From Deltaproteobacteria bacterium (lineage in GTDB: Bacteria; Desulfobacterota; Binatia; UTPRO1): a stretch of DNA of 64,000 nucleotides. Where the stretch lies: NCBI GenBank assembly GCA_020848745.1, contig JADLHM010000013.1, positions 5,238-69,237 of the forward strand. Reading direction: 5' to 3'. The position numbers and the translations under genes are program-made. Positions 57,417 through 64,000 of the stretch are shown piece after piece. Each line of letters opens with the position of its first letter. Position 1 is the first letter of the stretch. The notes under the pieces were generated by a model. The model worked only from the letters and a program-made list of their open reading frames with translations. It was not told the DNA's origin and made no database searches.

Positions 57417-59132
57417 TCAGTCTCCCGCCCCGAGCGCGCAGGCGAGCTCGTCGACGGTGCGCGCGGGAATGCCGAGCGCGCGCGCGACCCGCGCCGCCGG
57501 CGGCGCCTCGAACGCCGCCGAGCGCAGGAGCGGTTCGTCGGCGAGGAGCTCGTCGAGGGCGCCGTCGAACACGAGGCGGCCGCCGCGCATGAGGAGCGCG
57601 CGCTCCGCGTACTCGACCACGACCCACGGGCTGTGCGTGATGACGACGATCGTGGTGCCCGCGGCGCGCAGCCGGGCCAGCAGCTCCAGCATCGTGCGCA
57701 CCTGCGGATAGTCGAGGCCGGTCGTCGGCTCGTCGAGGATCAGCACGCGCGGCGCCATGGCGAGCACCGTCGCGACCGCGAGGCGCTGGCGCTCGCCCTT
57801 GCGGAGCAGGAACGGGTCCTCGTCGCGCTCCGCGGTCAGCCCGACGGCCGCGAGCGTCTCGTCGACGCGCGCCGCGAGCGCGGCGCCCGCGAGCCCGAAG
57901 TTGCGCGGCCCGAACGCGACCTCGTCGGCGACGGTCGCCGCGAACAACTGATGATCGGGGTTCTGGAACACGTAACCGACCTCGCGCGCGACGCGCTCGA
58001 GCGGCAGCGTGCGGAGGTCGGTGCCATCGAGTCGCACCGTACCGCCCTCCGCCTGGAGAAGCCCGTTCAGGTGCTTCGCGAGCGTCGTCTTGCCGGAGCC
58101 GTTCTGGCCGATGAGCGCCACGAACTCGCCCGCGCCGAGCGTGAGGCCGACGCCGTCGAGCGCGCGCGTGCCGCCCTCGTAGACGCGCGTGAGCCCGCGA
58201 ACTTCGAGGATCGGCGCGGGGCCGGCCGCCGCCGGCCCCGCCGTCGCGCCGGCCGCCCTCGGACGCGCGGCGGCCGCCGCCGCGGGCCCGCCGCGCGCCC
58301 GCAGCGCCGCGACCGCCGCATCGACCTCGAGCGGCAGCACGCAGCCGAGGCGGCGCCCGAGCACCGCGAGGTCGTGCGGCCGGACGCCGCAGGCGAGGAA
58401 GAGATCCACGTCGTGGACGAGCATCGCCGCCGGTCCGGACGCCACCACCCGGCCGTCCTTCATGAGAATCAACCGGTCCGCGCGCACGACCGGGTCGACC
58501 TCGTGCTCGACCGCGAGCAGCACGAGCCGCGCGCCGCGCACGCCTTCGAGCGCGGCGTAGAGCTCGCGGCGGCCGATCGGGTCGAGGTCGGTCGCGGGCT
58601 CGTCGAGGAGGAGCACCTCGGGCTCCATCGCGAGGATGCTCGCGATCGCGAGCCGCTGCTTCTGGCCGCCGGAGAGCGTCGAGGGGTCGCGGCCGCCGCA
58701 GTCCGCGAGGTTCACGAGCGCGAGCGTGCGCTCGACCCGCGCGGCGATCTCCTCCGGCGCGACGCCGAGCTGCCCCGGCCCGAACGCCACCTCGAGGCGC
58801 ACGTTGGTCGAGAAGAGCTGGGCCTCGAAGTCCTGGAACACCATCGCGACGCGGCCATCGAGCTCCCGGACCTCCGCGCCGAGCAGCTCGCGCGATCCGA
58901 GCCGGATCGCGCCGGCGCACGCCGCCGGCGCGAGCGACGGCACGAGCGCGTTGACGCAGCGAAGCAGCGTCGACTTGCCGGCGCCGCTCGCGCCCATGAT
59001 CGCGACGAGCTCGCCGGGCGCGGCTTCGAGCGAGACGCCGGCGAGCGCCTGCGCGGGCGGATCGGCGTAGCGACACGTGAGGTCGCGTACGACGAGCGTC
59101 GCGCCGCCCGCGCGGCCGGCGGCGTCGCTCAC
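57417..59132 (-). CDS. ecfA: fused tandem ECF/ABC ATPase (EcfA1-EcfA2)
   Basis: GTG 59132 overlaps the S-component stop. Two Walker A motifs (GASGAGKST, GQNGSGKTT), signature motifs LSGGQKQR and RKGERQR, Walker B LLLDEP and LILDEP. Confidence 0.88.
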   Translation of the reverse strand: MSDAAGRAGGATLVVRDLTCRYADPPAQALAGVSLEAAPGELVAIMGASGAGKSTLLRCVNALVPSLAPAACAGAIRLGSRELLGAEVRELDGRVAMVFQDFEAQLFSTNVRLEVAFGPGQLGVAPEEIAARVERTLALVNLADCGGRDPSTLSGGQKQRLAIASILAMEPEVLLLDEPATDLDPIGRRELYAALEGVRGARLVLLAVEHEVDPVVRADRLILMKDGRVVASGPAAMLVHDVDLFLACGVRPHDLAVLGRRLGCVLPLEVDAAVAALRARGGPAAAAAARPRAAGATAGPAAAGPAPILEVRGLTRVYEGGTRALDGVGLTLGAGEFVALIGQNGSGKTTLAKHLNGLLQAEGGTVRLDGTDLRTLPLERVAREVGYVFQNPDHQLFAATVADEVAFGPRNFGLAGAALAARVDETLAAVGLTAERDEDPFLLRKGERQRLAVATVLAMAPRVLILDEPTTGLDYPQVRTMLELLARLRAAGTTIVVITHSPWVVVEYAERALLMRGGRLVFDGALDELLADEPLLRSAAFEAPPAARVARALGIPARTVDELACALGAGD

Positions 59133-59896
59133 AGGAGGACGAGACCCGCGACGGCGAGCGCCAGACCGGGGAGAACGATCGCGGCGAGCGTGAGGTTCGG
59201 GGTCGCCGCGACGAGGCTCGGCGGCAGCGCGCCGGCGGCGGCGACATTGCCGCCGACGAACGCGACGAGCACGCCCGCGAGCGCGAGCCCGACCCCGAGC
59301 GCGCGCCGAGCGGGGGCGAGCGCGGGGCGCGGTCCCATCACGTCGGCGTACAGGAGACGGACGCGGCGGACGCGCGGGTACAGCACCGCGAGGAGCAGCG
59401 GCGCCAGCACGAGCGCCGTCACGCAGTTGTTCACGATGACGACGTTCGCGAGCACCGCGAACGGCACGAAGCCGAGCACCTGGAGCCCGAAGCCGACGGT
59501 CGCGGCGCAGAGGCCGGCGCCCGTCACGACGACGACGACGAAGAGCAGCCACGCGCCCGGCGTCTTCGGTACGGGGTCGCCGGTCGTGCAGGCGCGCCAC
59601 AGACGATACGGGGCGAGCGCGTAGAGGAAGTTGCCGACGAAGCCGAAGAGGTCGCCCGGCCCGAGGCCCGCGAAGAAGTCGCCGATCAGGTTGCCGATCG
59701 CGGCGCCCCACGCGGCCGCGGGACCGAAGAGGAACGAGCACACCACCGGCAGCGCGTTCGCCGGCCGGAAGTGCGTCACGCCCGGAATGATCGGCACGAC
59801 CATGAACGGAATCAGCACCGCGGCGTAGAACGACGCGCACATGGCCGTCAGCACGACCATGCGCGTGTTGCGCCACATCAGCGTGAGCTCCTGCAT
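59129..59896 (-). CDS. ECF transporter substrate-specific (S) component, QueT-like
   Basis: Multi-TM. IIPGVTHFRPANALPVV..FGPAAAWGAAIGNLIGDFFAGLGPGDLFGFVGN follows the QueT pattern (G-x4-R-x3-AL ... G.G..D..FG). Substrate assignment is tentative. Confidence 0.55.
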   Translation of the reverse strand: MQELTLMWRNTRMVVLTAMCASFYAAVLIPFMVVPIIPGVTHFRPANALPVVCSFLFGPAAAWGAAIGNLIGDFFAGLGPGDLFGFVGNFLYALAPYRLWRACTTGDPVPKTPGAWLLFVVVVVTGAGLCAATVGFGLQVLGFVPFAVLANVVIVNNCVTALVLAPLLLAVLYPRVRRVRLLYADVMGPRPALAPARRALGVGLALAGVLVAFVGGNVAAAGALPPSLVAATPNLTLAAIVLPGLALAVAGLVLL

Positions 59897-59988
59897 GCGG
59901 GTCGGTGGTCGCCTCGGTCGATCTCGCGTTGCCGGCCCGGAAGCGGGCCGGCTATGCTAAGACCCGTCCGCGCGGGCGGGGTCAAGAG

Positions 59989-60567
59989 ATGAGAATGTCG
60001 CGCACCGCGTTTCTCCGGCTCGAGTGGCTCCTGTCGCTCGCCCTCGTCGCGGTCTCGCTCGCCTGGGCCGCGCTGCGCGACCTGCCGCTGGCGGCGCCGC
60101 TCACCCCGACGCCCGGCCGTGTGATCGCGGGCGGGCTCGCCGGAGCGCTCTTGTGGACCACGATCCCGCTCCTGCTGCGCGCCCCGAGCATGCGACGCGT
60201 CTGGCACGAGGTGCTGCGCCCCTTCGCCGGGACGCTCTCGGTCGCCGACGTCGTCGTGATCGCGGCGCTCTCCGGCACGACCGAGGAGCTCTTCTTCCGC
60301 GGCGTGCTCCTGCCCGAAACCGGGGTCGTCGCCTCGAGCCTCTGCTTCGGCGCGCTGCACGCGCTCACCCCGACCTACTTCGCCTGGGCGACGGCCGTCG
60401 GCGCGGGCATGAGCGCGCTCACGCTCACCGCCGACTCGCTCGTCGTGCCGATCGTCGCGCACGCGACCTACAACTTCGGCGCGTTGCTCCTGCTGCGTCG
60501 GGCGGCGACGGCGCCGGTCGCCGCGGAAACGGCCGCGACGATTGCGTCCCCGCATGGCATCGGTTAG
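59989..60567 (+). CDS. CPBP family intramembrane glutamic endopeptidase
   Basis: Trimmed to ATG 59989. EELFFRG motif, then FGALHA and HATYN. Confidence 0.8.
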   Translation: MRMSRTAFLRLEWLLSLALVAVSLAWAALRDLPLAAPLTPTPGRVIAGGLAGALLWTTIPLLLRAPSMRRVWHEVLRPFAGTLSVADVVVIAALSGTTEELFFRGVLLPETGVVASSLCFGALHALTPTYFAWATAVGAGMSALTLTADSLVVPIVAHATYNFGALLLLRRAATAPVAAETAATIASPHGIG

Positions 60568-60576
60568 GAACCGCGG

Positions 60577-61518
60577 ATGTTTTTTCGTCGTGTCGCTCCG
60601 GCGCTCCTGGTCGTCGCGCTGGGGATGGCGGCGTGCAGCGCGCCCCCGCGCCTCACCGCCGACAAGTACTATTCCGAGGGCAAGGCCGCCTTCGATGACG
60701 AGAACTACGAAAGCGCGATCCGCAACTACAAGGATCTGCTGGACCAGTATCCCTTCGATCCCCACGCCGAAGAGGCGGAGCTCACGATCGCGGAGTCGCA
60801 CTTCAAGAAGGGGCAGTACGCCGAGGCGATCGCCGCCTTCAACGACTTCCAGCGCATGCACCCGATGAGCCCGGCGCTGCCGAAGGTCTACTACCTGCTC
60901 GGCAAAAGCTTCGACAAGCAGATGACGACGATCGACCGCGATCAGCAAGCGGCCGACAACGCGCAGGGCTGGTATCGCGTCGTCGTCGACCGCTACCCGG
61001 AGAGCGACTACGCACCGAAGGCGCGACGCCGGATGGCGCGTTGCCGCGAGTCGATGGCCGAGCACGACCGCTACGTCGCCCGCTTCTACTTCAGGCAGGA
61101 CAACATGCGGGCCGGCGAGAACCGGGTGAAGAGCATCCTCGAGAGGTTCCCCGACACCGTCGCCGCGACGGGCGCGCTGGAAGACCTGGCGGCGGCGTAC
61201 GAGCGCCGCGGCGACGAGGCCGCCGCGGCAAAGGTGCGAGCGGCAGTGAAGGAGCGCACCGACATCTACGCGAGCATGCCTGAGACGGGTCCGGGCTCGC
61301 GCGCCGCGGGGGCCGTCCCGGCGGCGCGCACGCCGGTTTCCGACGCGCTGCTCGAGGAACTCGTGGCGAGCTACGGGCCGAGCGAGAGCGGCAGCGCGGT
61401 CGTCGCGGCGCCGGCGCTCGTCGACCCGGTCACGGGCCCGAAGATCCCGCAAGGCGCGGGCGGCGACGCGGGCGCGTATCAGCCGATCGGGCGCGGCGGT
61501 GGCATGGGCCGTTACTGA
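60577..61518 (+). CDS. bamD: outer membrane protein assembly factor BamD
   Basis: Lipobox LGMAACS. TPR-like YYSEGKAAFDDENYESAIRNYKDL, YPFDPHAEEAEL, RYPESDYAPKARRRM..FYF. Confidence 0.85.
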   Translation: MFFRRVAPALLVVALGMAACSAPPRLTADKYYSEGKAAFDDENYESAIRNYKDLLDQYPFDPHAEEAELTIAESHFKKGQYAEAIAAFNDFQRMHPMSPALPKVYYLLGKSFDKQMTTIDRDQQAADNAQGWYRVVVDRYPESDYAPKARRRMARCRESMAEHDRYVARFYFRQDNMRAGENRVKSILERFPDTVAATGALEDLAAAYERRGDEAAAAKVRAAVKERTDIYASMPETGPGSRAAGAVPAARTPVSDALLEELVASYGPSESGSAVVAAPALVDPVTGPKIPQGAGGDAGAYQPIGRGGGMGRY

Positions 61519-62239
61519 GGCCCACGTGACCCTGCCCTCCCAGGTCGGCGTGCTCGTGATCGGCGCCGGCGCGCTCGGCTGCGCCGCCGCCGAGGCTCTC
61601 GCGGCCGCCGGAATCGGCCGCCTCACCCTCGTCGACCACGACCGCGTCGAGCGCTCGAACCTGCACCGCCAACTGCTCCATCGCGCCCGCGACCTCGGCC
61701 GCTCGAAGGTCGAGTCGGCGCGCGACGCCCTGGCCGCGCGTCATCCCGCGCTCGCCACGGCGACCGCGCCGGTCCGCTTCGCCGCCGACAACGCCGCCGC
61801 GCTCGTCCGCGACCACGCGTGCGCCGTCGACGCGACCGACGGCGTCGCGACCAAGTTCCTGATCAACGATCTCGTGGTCGGGCTCGGAACGCCGCTCGTG
61901 CATGCCGGCATCGTACGGTTCCAGGGACAGCTGATGACGATCCTGCCGGGAGTCTCGGCGTGCTACCGCTGCCTCTTCGGGGCGCCGCCGCCCGAGGGGA
62001 GCGTCCCGTCGTGCCAGGAGGCGGGCGTGCTCGGCTCGCTCGCCGGGACGATCGGCACGCTCCAGGCGGCCGAGGCGATCCGGATCGCGACCGGGAGCGA
62101 AGCGCTCCTCGCCGACCGTCTGCTCACCTACGACGCCCTCGCCGGACGCTTCCGGCACGTGAAGCTCCGGCGCAATCCCGCCTGCCCGGCCTGCCGGCAC
62201 GTCCGCGCCCCCTTGGCCGCGGACGCGGGCACCGGCTAG
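61499..62239 (+). CDS. ThiF/MoeB-type E1-like adenylyltransferase (no rhodanese domain)
   Basis: VLVIGAGALGCAAAEALAAAGIGRLTLVDHDRVERSNLHRQ. Zinc tetrad CYRC...CPAC. GTG 61499 overlaps bamD by 20 nt; alternative in-frame GTG at 61526. Confidence 0.8.
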   Translation: MAWAVTEAHVTLPSQVGVLVIGAGALGCAAAEALAAAGIGRLTLVDHDRVERSNLHRQLLHRARDLGRSKVESARDALAARHPALATATAPVRFAADNAAALVRDHACAVDATDGVATKFLINDLVVGLGTPLVHAGIVRFQGQLMTILPGVSACYRCLFGAPPPEGSVPSCQEAGVLGSLAGTIGTLQAAEAIRIATGSEALLADRLLTYDALAGRFRHVKLRRNPACPACRHVRAPLAADAGTG

Positions 62240-62278
62240 AACCTAGAGCCTTCGACCCTCAAGGAAGGAGATCCACCC

Positions 62279-62578
62279 ATGCCGATACAGGTTCGCATCC
62301 CGACCCCTCTTCGCAAGTTCACCGGCGGCGCCGAGAGCGTCACCGCCAGCGGCGCCACCGTAGCCGCCATCGTCCAGGACGTCGATGCTCGCCATCCGGG
62401 ACTCAAGGAGCGCATCTGCGACGAGGCCGGCAAGGTACGCCGCTTCGTCAACCTCTACGTGAACGGCGAGGACATCCGGTTCCTCTCGAGCCTCGACACG
62501 CCGGTGAAGGACGGCGACGAGATCTCGATCGTACCCGCGATCGCCGGCGGCGCGGCGGCACGCACCCGGGACGAGTGA
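62279..62578 (+). CDS. cysO: CysO-like MoaD/ThiS-family sulfur carrier protein with C-terminal extension
   Basis: Closely parallels mycobacterial CysO as I recall it (IPTxLRxxTGG..SVxASGxT, RFVNxYVNxEDxRF, DGDxxxIxPAxAGG), but continues AAARTRDE after the Gly-Gly. Confidence 0.8.
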   Translation: MPIQVRIPTPLRKFTGGAESVTASGATVAAIVQDVDARHPGLKERICDEAGKVRRFVNLYVNGEDIRFLSSLDTPVKDGDEISIVPAIAGGAAARTRDE

Positions 62579-63489
62579 CGGCGAGCGTCCTCGACCTCGT
62601 CGGCAACACGCCGATGGTGCGGATCCGGGTCCTCGCCCGCGATCTGCCGCCGGACGTGCGCGTCTACGCCAAGCTCGAGGGCTTCAACCCGGGCGGCTCC
62701 GTGAAGGACCGGCCGGCCCTCAACATGATCCGCGACGGGATCGCCACGGGCCGGCTGCGTCCGGGCAAGACGATCCTCGATTCGACGTCGGGTAACACCG
62801 GCATCGCGCTCGCGATGATCGGCGCGGCGCTCGGCTATCCGGTCGAGCTCGTCATGCCGGAGAACGTGAGCATCGAACGCAAGAAGATCATCCGCGCCTA
62901 CGGCGCCGGCATCATCTTCTCGAGCGGGCTCGAGGGCTCCGACGGCGCCATCCAGCTCTGCCGCGAGGTCCTGAAGCGGGATCCGGAGAAGTACTTCAAG
63001 CCCGATCAGTACTTCAACGAAGCCAACCCGCAGGCCCACTACCTCGGGACCGGCCCCGAGATCTGGCGCCAGACGGGCGGCCAGGTCACACACTTCGTGA
63101 CCGGTCTCGGCACCGGCGGCACGATCATGGGGACGGGTCGCGCCCTCAAGGAGCTGAACCCCGCGATCGAGGTGATCGGCGTCGAGCCCGACGACGCGTT
63201 CCACGGCCTCGAGGGGCTCAAGCACATGGCGTCGTCGATCGTGCCGGGCATCTACCACGAGAACGAGCTCGACGAGAAAATCCCGGTCGCCACCGACGAC
63301 GCCTACGACATGGTGCACAAGCTCGGCACGATCGAGGGCATCGTCGTCGGGCAGTCGTCGGGTGCGAACCTCGTCGGCGCGCTCGCGGTCGCGCGCCGGC
63401 TCGAGCGCGGCGTCGTCGTGACGATCTTCTGCGACTTCGGCGTTCGCTATCTCAGCACCAATCTCTGGATCGGCCACGAACGGTCGTAG
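62575..63489 (+). CDS. cysM: PLP-dependent cysteine synthase (CysM/CysK family)
   Basis: GTG 62575 overlaps the cysO stop. GNTPMVR, NPGGSVKDRPA (PLP lysine), STSGNTGIALA, GLGTGGTIMG. Confidence 0.88.
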   Translation: MTASVLDLVGNTPMVRIRVLARDLPPDVRVYAKLEGFNPGGSVKDRPALNMIRDGIATGRLRPGKTILDSTSGNTGIALAMIGAALGYPVELVMPENVSIERKKIIRAYGAGIIFSSGLEGSDGAIQLCREVLKRDPEKYFKPDQYFNEANPQAHYLGTGPEIWRQTGGQVTHFVTGLGTGGTIMGTGRALKELNPAIEVIGVEPDDAFHGLEGLKHMASSIVPGIYHENELDEKIPVATDDAYDMVHKLGTIEGIVVGQSSGANLVGALAVARRLERGVVVTIFCDFGVRYLSTNLWIGHERS

Positions 63490-63505
63490 CGGCGCCGGTG
63501 CTCCC

Positions 63506-64000
63506 ATGCGGCTCGACGACGAGCAGATCGAGCGCTACAGCCGCCAGCTGATCCTCCGGGAGGTCGGACCGCGAGGACAAGAGCGCCTGCTCGCGGCGCG
63601 CGTGGCGGTCGTCGGCGCCGATGCCGCGGCCGCGCGCGTGGTCGCGTACCTCGCCGCGGCGGGCGTCGGATGGATCGCGGCCGAGGCGGCGTTGCGCACG
63701 GTCGTCGACCCGGACCAGCCCGACCTCACGCTGGCCCCGCTCGCCACCGCGGCGGACGCGCCGTGCGACGCCGCCGTGGTCGCCGCGGCGACGACCGACG
63801 CGGTCGCCGACGCCCTCTCCCCGTGGCGGACCCGCGCCGCGACCGTCTTCTGGATCGCCGCCGGGCGCGCGGGCGCGCTCCCGCCCTGCCCACGCTGCGC
63901 GGCCGCGGCGATCGACGCCGGCGACGGCGCACCCGCGCTCGCGCGGCTCCGCGATGTCGTGCTCGCGACCGTCGTCGCGACCGAGGTCGTAAAGGCGGTG
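63506..64000 (+). CDS. degenerate ThiF/MoeB-like protein, N-terminal part (runs off window end)
   Basis: Hand translation: MRLDDEQIERYSRQLILREVGPRGQERLLAARVAVVGADAAAARVVAYLAAAGVG.. The canonical E1 N-terminus is present, but the GxGxxG nucleotide loop reads GADAAA. A CPRC motif comes later. Absent from the ORF track because it is open-ended. Confidence 0.55.
   Translation, partial: MRLDDEQIERYSRQLILREVGPRGQERLLAARVAVVGADAAAARVVAYLAAAGVGWIAAEAALRTVVDPDQPDLTLAPLATAADAPCDAAVVAAATTDAVADALSPWRTRAATVFWIAAGRAGALPPCPRCAAAAIDAGDGAPALARLRDVVLATVVATEVVKAV

Noticed and set aside
56646-59624. 992-aa plus-strand ORF
   Set aside because: It is antisense to the ECF ATPase and T-component genes, which carry Walker and signature motifs in the minus-strand frame.
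59897-59988. Possible preQ1 or other riboswitch upstream of the QueT-like S component
   Set aside because: The 92-nt leader shows only a generic GC hairpin (GGCCCGCTTCCGGGCC). I could not find the preQ1-I or preQ1-II consensus by eye. A covariance-model scan is needed before any claim.

Overview
High-GC (about 70% by eye) chromosomal segment from a diderm bacterium; BamD, LpxC, PagL-like, RlpA and LapB-like genes are all present. I support about 66 protein-coding genes. I recognised no rRNA, tRNA, CRISPR array, transposase or integrase. Many long Arg/Ala/Pro-rich ORFs in the track are antisense or shadow ORFs typical of GC-rich DNA and were discarded. Several track ORFs are in-frame read-throughs, which I trimmed to plausible starts; 4-nt GTGA/ATGA start-stop overlaps are frequent. 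Housekeeping blocks: pyrR-pyrB; yebC-ruvC-ruvA-ruvB; rplU-rpmA-[brnT/brnA insertion]-obg-proB-proA-nadD-rsfS-lapA/B-like; plsX; fabF; sat; bamD. Most unusual items: (1) a complete receiver domain fused to full-length LpxC, overlapping an NtrY-type histidine kinase, in a window that also holds LapB-like and PagL-like lipid A genes; (2) a CbcL-like protein with 11 c-haem motifs plus a cytochrome b domain, divergent from a tri-haem cytochrome c; (3) a CysO/CysM sulfur-carrier cysteine module flanked by one intact and one degenerate E1-like protein, where CysO has a tail after its Gly-Gly; (4) an ECF transporter operon ending in a translationally coupled S1/P1-type nuclease; (5) a BrnT/BrnA toxin-antitoxin pair between rpmA and obg; (6) two diverged, oppositely oriented copies of a ~140-bp element bounded by perfect 22-28-bp inverted repeats; (7) a DTW-domain tRNA-modification enzyme with an unexplained ~180-aa C-terminal domain. 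All family assignments come from reading motifs by eye; no database search was run.
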